A DNA stretch of 53,267 bases, the filler included, from Jimgerdemannia flammicorona (Eukaryota): the NCBI GenBank assembly GCA_003990765.1. It is 2 parts of 2 records of this genome, joined end to end, with 100 filler letters (N's around TTAATTAATTAA, not from the genome) between each part and the next. Parts side by side here need not be neighbours in the genome. Positions count along the whole stretch, not along the records: positions 1 to 26,590 come from RBNJ01000716.1; 1 more part is not named here. One strand, written 5' to 3'. How positions within the stretch are numbered: position 1 is the stretch's first letter; each line of letters begins with the position of its first letter. Of this stretch, positions 12,428 to 26,690 are shown one piece after another. Below the pieces are notes generated by a model. It made no database searches. It saw nothing but the letters and a program-made list of their open reading frames with translations, and had not been told where the DNA came from. The translations under genes and the position numbers were made by a program.

Positions 12428-14833
12428 ATCTAATAAATTCTTCTCTTCTTTACCCAAGTCTACTCATTGGACATAGTACTAAACTTTAGATATTTATCAA
12501 ACTGGAGAGTAGTATATTGGATTACTTGAAAGATAATATTACTTTATTATTTATTACTCAGATTGATAATATTTTCAGAGAATACTCTACAGAGATAGTC
12601 AAGAACTTAGAATTGAGTACAGTAAAAGATATAGAGTCTTTTAGCAATAATATAGATGTAATTGTCAATAAAAAGACAGGCTTGTTATTTAGTAGTACTA
12701 GTACTCTAAACAGATTCAATTTATCTAAATAATATTTGATTCAGATTTATTATGTGATAGATTTAAATCAACTTAGATTAATCTTGTTATCTGATCTAGA
12801 TTAATCTGGATTAATCTAGATTACTCAAAATATTTAGTAATATTACTCTTTCTTTGTTCTTTTTCTTTTTTCTAATATTTCTTTTTGTTTTTCTTACTAT
12901 ATTATAAATAAATAAATAGTAGCTCTTAATTATACATTAGTCTACTCATTTTTTTTTATTTATTCAATGATCATTAAAAGAGAGAATATTCAAGATAGAA
13001 AAGCACTCTCTGCTGATAATGTTAAATTTTTTCTCATATAAGCAGCATATAAGCTGCATATCAAGAGCCAAAGTAGCAGTGACAATAGTAATAGTAATAG
13101 TAATAGTGATGGAAATAGTGATGATAGAGATGAGGGAGAATTCTGACAACAACTTATAGTGACCCTTTAGATCTTAAAATTAATAGACCTCACAGCTATA
13201 TATACAGCAGCCTTTTTAGAGCAGCTGATAGTAGATATAGATTGTCTTTTTGCTACTATATTTAAATGACCAAATTTATTTTATACTGTTATCTTTTTCT
13301 TAAGGTCCACAGCTTTACAGTAAGATTTTCTGACTTTATTTACAATATCTGGTTAAGATGAAGAAAGGCTGAAGAATGTTATAAGATATATATACCTTTA
13401 GTAGCTGAGCTATTGAGTCAATATATTATATAGCAGAGGTCTTAAAAGGATCAAAAGCAAGCCTTTATAAGCAATCTTATATAACTCATCTGCATATAAC
13501 TTATTCTCATACTTTTTTCTAAACACTTACTCTTTATTTTATTTAATTTTATTTTTTTGTATTCTTCTCTAAAAATTTCTATATAATATTTATATATAAT
13601 TAATCTGCATACTTAACTCAGCTCACTACTCAGATCAAGACTCCATTTTACTATAGAAGAGAATTCAAAGTTATGTACTCAAGTTCAATTATATTTAGTA
13701 TCTGATTAAATAGAGAAGTTCAAGGACAAGTTATTCAGCATGAATAATACTAGTATTACTATTAAGGCTTAGAGGTCTATATTCAAATTGAAGCTAATCA
13801 TTCTTGATTAAGAAGCTCATTGATCTACTAGAGTATTTAATAATAAAGAGAACTATATCATTATTAATAATTATAGAGAGGTAGTTATATTAGTGGTAAG
13901 AAATCTCTATAGTAATGAGCTTTATCACTATATTAATAAGATTTGTAAGAATTGTATTAAATACTGAGTAGCAGAAAGAGAGGATATAAAAAGCAAAGAG
14001 GGGGAGTTTGAACAGAAATTGAGTATACTACAATATTGGCAAAGAGTGAGTTCCTCAGAGTTTTTCTGAAATTCTCTATATTTGGCCTTTTTTTTTTTAA
14101 GATTTTCTTTATTAATCTATTATTGTTAAATTTCTAGAGATATATAAGATTTTGTATCTTTATTAGAACTTTAATAGTACTGTTGAAGAACAAGCTACAT
14201 ATGAGTATAATATAGCCTATATAGTGATAGTGGCTATAATCTGGAGTTCTTTAAGCAGATTGTTGGAGTGAATAGTAGACTAGCTTAGTAGTGCTCTTAG
14301 TGTAGCTATATATATATTCTTGATATAATTTAGTGTGAGGAGCTTGACTTTTTTTTTTTTAGTACAGTCTGAGGATTTCTGTTCCCTATATACAAAAAGA
14401 AAGAATTGATCAGATGCTATCTATTTTGATAGATTTCCAAGTCAGGACTTCTAGGACTTGATAAAGAGTAGACATCCTCTATACTATCTGATAAAATAAA
14501 GTTCTGAGCCAAGAGTTCACTCAACTATATATTTGTATCACATCAGGATATATTAGGCATAATGTTTCTCTGCCCATACATATAAACAACAATATTACTC
14601 TAGTAATGTTTTATATTCTGAAAAGGAAGAGTCCAACTTGAGAGAATAGCAGTAGCATCTAGTACAATCTCATCTATGATTTCAGAGTTCCATTTGTGGC
14701 CAACATGACTGTCCTATTCTAATTATATAATATTTATAGCACTATTGTCTTCAAGGAGAGTTCAGATACTATAGTCATTATACTTACAATAGATGATAAA
14801 TATATCAAGATCTGGGATCAGCAGGTGGAGTAG

Positions 14834-14960
14834 TTTTGTAAAGATTAAGTAGTCTTTTTGTAAAGGTTAGGCAATCTTTTGTAAAGATTAGATAGTCTTT
14901 TGCAAAGGTTAGGCAGTTTTTTGTAAAGGTTAGACAGTCTTTTGTAAAGGTTAGATAGTC
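14834..14960. repeat. Minisatellite: 6 copies of a ~21-bp unit (TTTTGTAAAGGTTAGACAGTC)
   Basis: Directly visible tandem copies differing mainly by transitions, inside unclassified CpG-free DNA (about 12960-15330). Confidence 0.85.
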
Positions 14961-15399
14961 AGATATCTCTTTTTATAATACTAGTTTAGCTTTTTACTGA
15001 GCTTTACTAGCTCCTTAACTCTGCTTTATAGTACTGTTAGTGTGGTACTATAGCATAGAGCTAGGGTGCCTATAGAGCCTAAATCTGTATCAGAATCTAA
15101 CTACTTGAAGTTGTAGTCATTGAACTACAAATTCTATATACTCTCTCTAATCTAGACTTCTATACTAACTAGTAGCTTGAGGTTGCTCCTTGCTGCTGGT
15201 AGAGAGTTATAAATTTTGTATACTTCTTCTGCTAACCCTACCAATCTCCTCTACACTTAAACTAGTAAGGAGCTACAAATACTGATATACTCTCTTTGTC
15301 TGCTATCTTATATCTCAAGCTAAACTTTTTTTTAATAATATACAAAAAATAATTTATTTCTGACTTTTTGTTTAATACTACAGAACTTACTCAATTTTA

Positions 15400-16445
15400 G
15401 TAGCCTGTACTCTACTAAGACTTTAGGTATATATAAGCCCAGATTATCTCAGTATTTAGTATATATCTCTTAAGGGAAATAAGATCTACTCTATCAGAGA
15501 ACACCCACTCAACTAGAGCACTAGTAGCAGAAATAGTTAGATAGTCTTAAGCCATACTATATAGGCTAGAGAAGTCTATTTGATATATCTATAACTATTA
15601 CCCTAGGGGGTAGAATGGTGATTAGAATAATAGTTAAAATTAGCTCTATCCCACCAACTATCTGTAAGAAGACAAACCCACCTTCTATTAGTTAAGTACC
15701 TCTATGCCCTCCAACAGAATTATATAGTTACATACTAGTGAGAAAAATGATGAGTTTGTCTATTGATAGTAGTTCTTCCACTAATGGCTCTCTCTTTCTC
15801 TTTTTGCTAAAGTAAATATATGATAGAAGAGATCCTTCAGTATATTCATCTAGACTTCAGCTAGAACTTTGTAGTGATATATAGTTTTTCCAGTATGTTT
15901 CAATTATAACTTACTTGGCTTTCTCAATATAGTACTACTTCTAGCTCTGATCTTTATAGTATTGTAGCTTTAAGTATAGATCTAATACTGTTTTGAGAAA
16001 GAGAGTGAGTTTTGCTTTTTTGGAAGAGGTAACTACTATGCTAATATATTTGTACTAATTGAGTATATGATGGTATCTATTTTGAGGTAGTATTTTCTAA
16101 GCTTACTTAAAGTAATCTCTGATCTGGGCTAAACCAGAAATCATTACTACTCTCTAGTCTATTCTCAAGCTTGTCCTTTAGTCAATTAATCAAAAGATTA
16201 TATACTAGTATTATAGAGCTTATTGTTAGAGTGGTTTGTTTGACTATATCTTTATATAATTATTAAAACACTAGTAGTTAAGAATAGTAAATTATTACAT
16301 TACTATGTAGAGGCAGACAAAATGAATGTAGAGCCAAAGCAATTATTACTTACTTCTAAAACTCTGACAACATTCCTTAGTATATCCTACTTGCTTTCAT
16401 CTATAGTCTCACTCTATATTTTCTTGTTAGTAGTAATTGTGAAAT
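15400..16445 (-). pseudogene. Decayed hAT (Ac/restless-type) transposase, C-terminal half
   Basis: Minus-strand translation gives KLRKYYLK and TVLDLYLKLQYY (LDPR.K motif), then FSSLYSMA*DYLTISATSALVEWVFSD...LISLKRYILNTEIIWAYIYLKS**, a decayed hATC dimerisation domain (MARDYLAIPATSAPVERVFS), at about 15419-15590. Confidence 0.8.
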
Positions 16446-16449
16446 CTAT

Positions 16450-16638
<189 letters not shown>

Positions 16639-17931
16639 CAATTTTTTGGCTATTTATTATTTTCTGAATTAGTTTCAAAATATCATTTTTTTTAATCTCT
16701 TTGAATACTTATAAAACTCTTCTAATATTTCTTCAATGGTAATATTGTTATAATAAACTTATTTATAGTCTCATCTATAGATTGAAATAATTGGGGTCTT
16801 TGGCCATTTAGAATTTATTTTTTTCTAATCATTTCTCATTCAATAACTTATATCAGATAGAATCTGAGAGATAACTAGTAATATTTCAGATTTTTCATTT
16901 AAGTTCTTCTTTTAGTTATTCAGTTTAATTTAATAACTCTTTATTTCTCTCTTAGAGTTTATTAATTATATTGTTTATTATAATATTATATTTATTTTTT
17001 CACTTTAAACTGTCAAAGAAATACTCTGGATTTTGATATTTTTATTCAGTTATAGTATGAAAATGAAGAAAAATTTCCCATATTCTACCTAATTATGCTC
17101 CCAGCAGACACATCAAAGCCCTAAACATTTATCATCTAGAACCAGTGTCAATGATTTAAAAAATCAAGATTTCACTATAGTAGCCCTAGAACTAAATATT
17201 CAGTGGATCACTACTTTGTCTCTTAGTTGTTTTAGTTGTTAAAATTAAAATAACAAGGAAAAAAGTTACGAGCAAAGCGACAGCGAAAATAAATCAAGAC
17301 TAATTCCCAAGTGACGTCAATGTTCACTTTGTTTGGGTTTGTTGCAGCACGCCCATTAATGCATACCCATCTCGTATGTATGTATATGCGCTAAACTAGA
17401 TAGTCTCTCACAAAGACATTTGCTATCACACAAACGATGTTGCCCCGGCACATACCAGGGTACATCGGAAAAGGGGAATGGGAAATGAAGAAGACGGAGA
17501 AAACGAAGAGGTGGGAGGATGTTTTGGACAAGTAATCGAGACACCAGCTAAGAAGAGGTAGTTGGGATGATTTGTTCTTTCTACATGATGGATAAGTTGT
17601 CCCGGCATAATCATAACTTGTATAAGTAATAAAAAGGCCTTTTGTGATTGCATATTCATTTTGTCTGGTTTTGTTGCAGCACGCCCCATACATATAAGTA
17701 TATAAATTTATAATAATAAATTATAAATTATAAAATAATATATTAACTATTATTAATATAGGATAAAATAATATTTTATATTTATAAATTTAGATTTATA
17801 AAGTTAACTTTTTAATTCTTTATTTTTGAAATGAAATCCATTAATCAATATAGAACTCAGCTCAAAATACAAGCGATTAAACTGGGATGTGAGACGACTT
17901 CCGCGTTTTCATTGGCGATTAGCAATCTATC

Positions 17932-20900
17932 TTATATATGAACCACGGGTTGAAGGATCTCGAATGAGCCTGTTCCTCCGCCAACCACCTTACCCATCAC
18001 CAACCGTGCCGAAGGGGAGTCGAGCATGTCGAAATCGCCATGCCTGCCGTGGTGAAAACGTACAAATAATAAGTCATATAAACTCAGTGAAAGAATGCAC
18101 GATTATCAGGGATAGTAACACATACAGTGTAGCCTGTGTCAGAAAATGGCAAGTAGTCTCGAAACTCATTTTCAAAAACGGTGAGACGTTGGACTCGATA
18201 CCCGTACGGTTAAATGGCTTATAACCTCCTTCAAAGGTCTGTTATCGGAGAAGGGGGTGGAAGGGACGGTTACAATCGCAGCAATAAAAAACTCGCACGT
18301 GATTCACGATGTTATTAATATGCGCTAACCATATAATCAGCAATGAGTGTCAAATGTCGCGGATCGACTTCGATGCCATAGGCTTCAAACACGCCCGAAA
18401 TCTCATTCATAAGGGTAGCACGCGCGGCTTCCACACCTGGAATGGAAGTGAAATAAAATGGGTTAGTTTGTCGGAGAGTCCTATGGGTAGGCCTCCTCGA
18501 TATTCGATCGCTTTGATCATGTCTATCAACATTTCACAGTTCACTTACCATAAGTCCTCAGCATAGCCGCAATATCATTAGTACTTATCTTGTTCACATC
18601 GATCACATCATTGTATAACCACATTCCTCGCAGATTAACACCCTCAGTCGCCAAAGATTTGGTTTTGTCGTTTTCGGTAGGATTAATGTATTGAAAACAA
18701 CGTGAGATGCCCGGGATCTCGTGGATAATAACGTCGTGGCACACTTTCTCGACAATGCTGACCATTAGGATCTTCTTGGTGTCAGCCGGGAACTGGCAAT
18801 GAAAAGTGCAAATTAGTAATCACATCTTGATATATCTCGTACACTTTACAGATATGGAATCTCGGACCAATCAAACCTGCATCTCAATTTCGCACCATAC
18901 GCCGTCGGTGTTATCGAAGCGGTATTTCTTGACGTATGCACTGGCTTCCAAGATACGATCCTCCCGAGCCTTTTGTCTTTTTACGACCGCCGCGGTGGCC
19001 AATATCTTTGCTTCTTTATCTATATCATCTATACTATTGTCGTCACTGTTTTCTGCCATTTCGGCATCTAGTTCTTCCTCTTGGTCCAAAGATTTGTCCA
19101 TGGCTTGGATGACCTCCTCGTCATCCTCATCGGGCGCATCGTACGTGGCGTGTTGCGCACCGCGATTTGCCAAACGCGTAGCAGTAGCATCGCCATCACC
19201 GTCGTCAGATTCTATGGTGCAAAGAATGGTGAATTTATAGATGGCTGATTATCGAGTGATAATCGATCGCGTTTGCTTACCGTCTCCATTTTGCCCGACT
19301 GATTCAGTGTCGTCGGCGCCATTGTCCTTTGCTCGAGTTTGCCTAATCGGTTTTCCAATCTCAATTTCATCGGTTTCTAAATATATCACCAAAGGGTTTA
19401 GAATGTCAGCACAACTCTCCAGAACTCTGAGAAATATCAACCTGATAACTTACCAGCAATGTTGCCTTTGGATTTACGGTATACCTTTCTCAGATCTCTT
19501 AAAATGGCGTTTTCCAGCTTTTTGACAAACGCACGCTCAATAACATCCTCAATATGTGCGGGTCTCACATTATATTCTTCCAAATATTCGTTCTTTGTGA
19601 AGAAGTGCAATCGAATGTTGTAGATTTTGTGGCGTTGATACCCAGTCGCGGCGGTCTTTCCTGCCATTCGCTCCGTTACTCTAACTTCATCCATTATCTG
19701 ACTAAGTGCCAACCTGCTTGCATCCTTGCAAAAACTTGTGCTACGGTCGTTGGTCACTGTGGGAAGGAGACTAAGCAACATCGTCGGTGTCTTGATGTTT
19801 GCCGATGCCGTCATAACAATTTCGCGTAACCTGGGGATGCCAAGGGTGACGTTTTTGGCACCGAAGCCAGCAAAATGAAACGTGTTAAGAGTCATTTGTG
19901 TCGAAGGTTCGCCAACAGACTGCGCTGCCAACAGACCAACAGCTTCGCCAGGTTCGACTAAGCTGTGCAGATATTTCAAGTGCATTAGTGCCTTGAATTT
20001 GTTCTTGGTAAGACCTGCGAATCTCTCGTTGTTCTTAGTGATCTTCGAATCCTTCCCAAACGGAAGGTTATCCGGGTTCTCCTCAATGAACTGCCAGATA
20101 GCGGAACCGAAGTATAACAAAGAATAAATTAGACCGAGTTGCCCACCCCCCAACGTTTACATTGTAGTATATTAACACTCGTGAGATAACTGACCGTTTT
20201 CAATGCCTGCTGGAAGCGCTCTGAAACAACGCCTAGATGTCTACTTGGACTGTATTTTGATAATGCTGGGTCATATTTATGTGGTTTCTTTAGGGCTCTC
20301 CTGGAGTAATCTTCACCGATTTCAGTATCCAAGGCATTCAGTGCTGCATGTGGGTTATACTTCTGAGACAATGCCTCAAGATTTTGCGCCGAAAAGGAAA
20401 ATTGGAAGAGATGCTTCTGCTTTACAACGTCGAGCGAGTCCTGCCCGTAGTGGAACTGAGTATCGAAACACAACAAAATATGGATATTTGATGAAAATTA
20501 TAAAGCTTCTGTGAAATGCAACAGTCGACGTTTACAGAGATTACCTGCAAGACTGAGCCATCGGCATCACGGACGGTATGATCATAATGAACCCGAAGAC
20601 CTTCGAGATGCTTAATTAAGCAACGTTGCAAATAACCAGATCGAGAGGTTTTCACAGCAGTGTCGATCAGGCCTTCACGACCAGCCATGCAATGGAAATA
20701 ATATTCCTAAAATGCCGTAAAAAATTATTAGCGGTTTGGTTCCACCTCATTAAAACGATGACCCTCCACCAATCCCAGTTTCGACATGTACCTGTGGCCT
20801 GATACCTGTCAAGAAGCGACCCGAAATATATCCGCCAGCACGGGCTTCTGTACTAAACGGTTGGAATGATGGTAACGATTTTCCTGACACCATAATGGGA

Positions 20901-23900
20901 ACGCGGCGACCCTCCAATTCTTGCTGGCCTGCAGAGGATAGTACATTCCGTAAACAATGCATTAAAATGGAAAATGACATGCAAAGTAAAGCATACGTGA
21001 AACAATTTAAAGAATTACCAAGCAAGCAGGAGATCTGAGAGACGTTCACGGGTGAACCCTTGGCCCCAGATACGGTCATCATTTGCATGTTGTTTTGGGG
21101 GAAAAGCTTGAGCTGAAAATGGGGTTCCGATGGTTAGGTATGTTACTATTGTTATATAGAAAGGTGTCATCATCGAAATGGTAGACCAACAAGATCACTG
21201 CGTATTTACCAATCCATCCGGTATACATTTTCCTATTATTGAACTTGTCAGTTTATTCATTTTAGTTTTCAACGCATTATCGAGTCCAGCCAACTTTTCA
21301 TCATCACGCAGCACCTCTTCCATGTGGAGTTGGAATTCTGAGTAGAAAATACCCAAGCTCAAACCATCAGTAACCATGACCACATAGCTTGCGCACGCAG
21401 CAATCAGAAATGCACCAAGGCACGAAAGTCTATCCAGCATGTGACACGGATGAAGATCACAGAGAACTAGCCCAGCCTTACCACGATCGAGTGTCTCTTT
21501 GTCTGCGATCTTCGCTGTCTCTGCCAGGCCCATATACTCCATGTGCGCATCAGCACCATCGTTCTTGCCTTTGTCGATCAAATTGCGACGCCATTTGTCG
21601 CCGTCCTCCTGCGAATGAAATTAGCCGTCGTGTGGGAATCATTTATTTTTCTCGACTTCAATGGATTACTCAATTACGACTACATAATTTGAGACTCACC
21701 GTCAATCGCAAATCATCCATCCGACAACTGAACCCCTTCCACTGCACGTATTTCGTGAATAGTCTCCCCAGAATGCTGAGTAGCTTGCCAGCAACGGGGG
21801 GGCCATACAACTCATAGCATGAATGCACCATACCAAATGACGAGGCGCCGAATTGGGATTTGTCTAGAACACCTGTGATCAGCTCACCGTCCATGAAAAG
21901 AATTGTACCCTCTTCAAGGCCATGAGGGCCCCAATATTTGCCAGGGACTTTGGCCTTAGAAGACATGTTGAGAGGCGGGTGTCCAACTGTCAGATTACCA
22001 AGGATTGTCGAAATCTGTAAAAATCGGTTCTTGTTAACTCATATACATGATTGTCACGGAACACAATCAGACAGCCCCTCCTCTACACGTACCACCTGTT
22101 TGCCTGTCCACATTGGTAATGGCTTACGAATTGCAGGCGGAACCGTCAAAACTCTCCCGCCACCAGTTCCATCATCTTCGGGCCTCAGTGCTCCATAAAG
22201 GATTTGCATGTATTCCTCACGAGAAAGAAACGTGTCGCGGGATGTCATCCACACTCCCGTGACGACATGATCCTGGATTAAACCACGAAGGGGGTTACCG
22301 GAGGTGGGGACAAGGTATTGGTTATCTGTGTTGGCAATCAGTGTGGCCTCAGCACGAGCTATTTCGTTCTGAGGGAAATGTACGTTCATCTCGTCGCCGT
22401 CAAAATCCGCATTATACGTATTACAATTGGCATAATGCATGCGGATAGTTTTCTCTCCCGGTAAGACCCGTGCGCGATGCGCCATGATGGATGGTTTATG
22501 TAGTGTCGGCTGGCGATTCAACAATAGCAGATCGCCATTACGGAGGTGACGGTAAACCTTTTTGTTTGTCGGTTGTGTGCGTACTGGGTATGCGCCCGTC
22601 ACCGACGAAGATACCGTGGAATCTTGAGGAGTCAGGAGTGTGTTGGCGAGGGCAATGCGAGACTCCACGCTCAGATTAGCCTAAAGGCGTTGTTCAGTCG
22701 CAATTCAATATCAGACATCTTCTATACCCAAGTAGTGAAAAAAATAAAATAAAATAAAATAAAAACCCCTTGCGAATTTCTATGTATTAAAGTAGGAATT
22801 GTATATACCAATGAGATTAGTGACCCATCTTCATGCTGAACATATGTCGATCCAGGCCACTTCTCAGGTCCATTTATCACCGCCCTCATCATTTCCTTGA
22901 TATTGTAATGTGTTACAGGCTCCGGATACGTCAACTTCTTGGCGAATACAGGAGGTATCCCAATCTCCGATGTTTCAATGTTTGGATCCGGCGAAATTAC
23001 TGATCGTGCCGCGTAATTCACACGCTTACCCATCATATGCTTTCGAAAGAGACCCTCCTTTTTCTCCAGCGCCTGTCTTATTCCTGCCGGGGGAAGCTGT
23101 CGTCCCTTCAGCACCATCGGGTTTTTCGTGGAATCTATAAACGAATTCACGTCGTGCTGGAGTTGAATGATGCCCGAAACCAAGAGATCAAATGCACGAG
23201 TACGCTCAGTTCTGAGTGGGTGCTTAGAATCCGTCATGGCGGCTTTGAACGCTGTGTTGAGGTCACGAACACGATCGCATGCATTCAGTATTTTGCTGAG
23301 GAGTTGGTTCTGCGGGGATTCAAACAGTTTGTCGCCCATGACCGAAGCCGGTCGGAAGCGTGTCGGTGCAACCGGAAGTGTTTCAATAAAGAAGAGATCC
23401 GGACTGGCACGGTTTGTTTTGCGACTATGAGGGCCGCGAGCACCATATATAAGGGAGGTGATCCGTTGCTCTCTCTCGAATAAAAGGCGGATATGGTCGC
23501 GAACGTGGATTGGCGTCATGTAAGTTTGACGCGTGCCAATAGATCTCTTTTCGTCAACCTCGCCTGCACCCGATCCGTTTGTCTTCCGTTTCGCATTTTC
23601 CTCTTCGCCATTTCCTTCTTCCTCACTCGTTTCTTCTGCGTGGTTGGTCACCATCATGTTTTCCTCCCTGTCATCTTCTCCATTATTCGCGTTTTCCACG
23701 TCCCTGGCATTATATCCGTCCTCCTCGGCCTCATCGTCATATACCTCCGTTACATTCCCAGTGGACACTCTATCCGCGACTTTCTTCTTCATAAATAAAA
23801 CGTCCGTTGCCACCATACCGTGAGCATCCATGTGCATCTGTTGCTTCTTCGTCAAAGAAAGCAGGAACACTTTTGCAAACCCGTCCTTACGGATGGCGCG

Positions 23901-25060
23901 AGCATACGCACCGCAATTTTCGCATTTCTTTTTGGCGATAACGCGTTTGAGAAACTCGCCCATCACCTTCTTGCGTTCATCATTAATAAGTGTGACTTTG
24001 TAGGAACCAGTGCTGGAGCGTTCCGACAACTCTTCAGCAAGGGCGTGTTTCACGTAACAGTCTATGGGAAATAAATTGGAATTGGATCAAGTCAGACATA
24101 TTCAAAATTCTCTTGTCATGAGCGGATTTCTGGCAGTTATAGAATCGCCATCGATCACAAAATACTCACCAATCTTCCTCATAAAAGCGTCAGCTCCCTC
24201 CTCTTCGTGGTCTCCATCGTCTAGGTCTACATTTTCTGCAGCCTCCTCTTCCATCGCTTTCTTTTTTCCTTTCCCGATATGCGGTCGCAGTTGGTCTAGC
24301 CCCTGGGCCTCAAAAATTAGGCCATGTTGCAAAAGAGTCAATTTCGCAGCCAGTCTATGGGACTGATATTAGAAGACGGTAAACATATCAGTTTCTTGCA
24401 AGTGATATTCGAAATTTGTTCATAATCCCCTCTGTTCCAGAGGATTTGACTATACCTCTACTTTCCCCATACGAAACTTGTGACAGTAAAAGCATTTCGC
24501 ACGCAGTATGGCAAAAAGGTGGTTGAGGAACAGAGGGTTGAAAACGGGTACGGGAAGCTCAATGTGTCCAAAATGTCCAGGACATGAGAAATGATCAAGT
24601 TGACATGTAGCACAGCTGCATATAGGCAATCATATAAATAGAAATAGATGAGTGCGGTAGGATTGGCAATAGTTTTCGATTGTGTTATTCGCAAACGCTG
24701 TCCCGCAGTCCGTTCATTGAACAGCATCAAGCGTACCACGCCTGGTATACTTCCGCCAGTTGTTAGCACCCATGGTTGGAAGGTTCTTGTTCACATCCGT
24801 TAATACTCCAAATCACAGCTGTCATTCATATTGGAACCATCCGTCTCGAACCTCAGCAAGAGACAGTTTACATACATATGGTGTTTGTCATAAGGCCCGA
24901 GTGCAGGATCGTACAGACCGCCTTTGGTTGGATGATTTAGATTATCGAAAATTGTAGGATTAACAATTTGCTTGACGGATATCTTCTTGATTTCGTCAGA
25001 GTCGTAAAATGAGAAAGAGACCGAGGTGATCTCGGTCCCAAGTGGTCGCGCGATGTTCAT
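17932..25060 (-). CDS. RPA1: DNA-directed RNA polymerase I largest subunit (A190), about 19 exons
   Basis: Starts [19 protein letters not shown]. Contains GLYDPALGP, the [10 protein letters not shown] zinc site, [26 protein letters not shown], catalytic [10 protein letters not shown] (about 22390-22420), [44 protein letters not shown] and [12 protein letters not shown]. Ends [28 protein letters not shown] with the stop at 17932-17934. GT-AG introns can be traced between the ORF fragments. Confidence 0.97.
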
Positions 25061-25189
25061 GGTTGATTCTGTGGTGTGCAGAATTTTTTTTTTTCCTAAA
25101 ATAGGAAGATTTCTGATGTCACATCCTTTGTGACATAATTATATTACTTACGCGTGACGTTTTTTGTAATTCGCTCAGCCACAACATAA

Positions 25190-25227
<38 letters not shown>

Positions 25228-26057
25228 TTTAAAAAATTCTGTTTTGAAATTAATTAACAATTCTTAGTCATCTAAAACAATTTGCTTCACTAACTGAAAA
25301 AAGAGCACATACTACAGCAAACTCTAGTATATACTAAATTATTATAAATATCAAGTTTCAATATATATAAATATATATCTAATATTAGCTTTTTTAGAAC
25401 TAAACTAATTGCTCTATACTGTATAGTGAATTTGTCTCATCATTGTAGAGATAATTAGACCAATACAACCAGTTTGTGTAGCTTGGAAACAATACTTAAG
25501 GTTCTTTTATTTTTAGATATTTTATCTATATATACATATAAGATAATCTTAAATAGTAAGGTTCAGTATATAGATCTGACAATATACATAGTAGTTTTTT
25601 ATACCAAAGACTATAAAGATTGGCTACTAAAATTCAGAAAAATACTGTATTATTTGTAATATTGTCTATTATAATAGTCAAAATCTGTACTTAAAATTTT
25701 CAGTTAACAAATCTATATAAAAATAAATAACTATTAAAATCTATTTTGTTTTAATACATTCCTCAAAATACCAACTAGATGGTAAGCACTCTCTTTTTAT
25801 CTTAGTTGTGATACCAAGCTTCTGGATATAACTAATAAAAGTATCTATAATGTTTCTTCAGAATGAGAACCAGCAAGTTTGATGAAGTTAAGGGTAAGAG
25901 ATTTAAGTTATCAATTGAGGTTAATCTAATAACTAGTAATGTCTAGAAATAAAATTGTATTGAGAGATATCTATATATCAATCATAAATAAAATTCTGCC
26001 TGCTAAATTCTATTTATTAAATGTGAGATTAAATTAGTAAGCTCTTTATATATATAT

Positions 26058-26195
26058 TGTAATATGTCTGGCTCAATGGAGACAAATTACAAGATTGGGG
26101 ATTAATGTAGTTTGGCTTGAGCCCAGTTACTTTTAAAAGTAATAAAATATTCTTAGTGTTTAGTAGTATGTATAATAGTCAAGATCTGAATAATA
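26058..26195 (-). repeat. Inverted fragment of the 3' end of the LTR at 33588-34987
   Basis: TGTAATATGTCTGGCTCAATGGAGACAAATTACAAG...GTTTGGCTTGAGCCCAGTTAC matches the reverse complement of about 34835-34987. Confidence 0.85.
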
Positions 26196-26590
26196 CATGA
26201 GCAGTTTCCTTTTTGGGACAGGTTCTTAGATATAGTGGCAATTTGTGTATATAAATAGGTTTCCTTCTTGAGTCAACTGAGAATACCACAATTTGTGTTG
26301 CAAGGCAATTTCCAAAAGTATGCGATTTCTAGGTAATGGTCTTAGTATAGTGCACCGTACTTATACTCAACTTTTTCTATCTCCTTTTTATTGTATTTAA
26401 TAAAAAAATAAAAAAAATCGTAAATTGATAAAACATCCTATAAAGTTTAGTCAAATAGAGAGCTTTTTTTATTTTTACATATAATATTTTAATAAAAATA
26501 GTTTTTTTATTATTTTATAATAAATATTGAGACCAGTCACAATTTTGGCCTTAAATTAAAGCCAAATCACAAATCACTCGTCACAATTTC

Positions 26591-26690
26591 NNNNNNNNNN
26601 NNNNNNNNNNNNNNNNNNNNNNNNNNNNNNNNNNTTAATTAATTAANNNNNNNNNNNNNNNNNNNNNNNNNNNNNNNNNNNNNNNNNNNN
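26591..26690. other. Artificial contig linker (44 N + TTAATTAATTAA + 44 N)
   Basis: Exactly 100 bp and symmetric, with stop codons in all six frames. The flanking contigs are 26590 and 26577 bp. Confidence 0.97.

Noticed and set aside
14834..14960. CRISPR-like array
   Set aside because: Head-to-tail repeats with no spacers, no cas genes, and a eukaryotic context.
17889..24957. Many plus-strand ORFs over RPA1
   Set aside because: Antisense shadows of RPA1 exons with no recognisable motifs.
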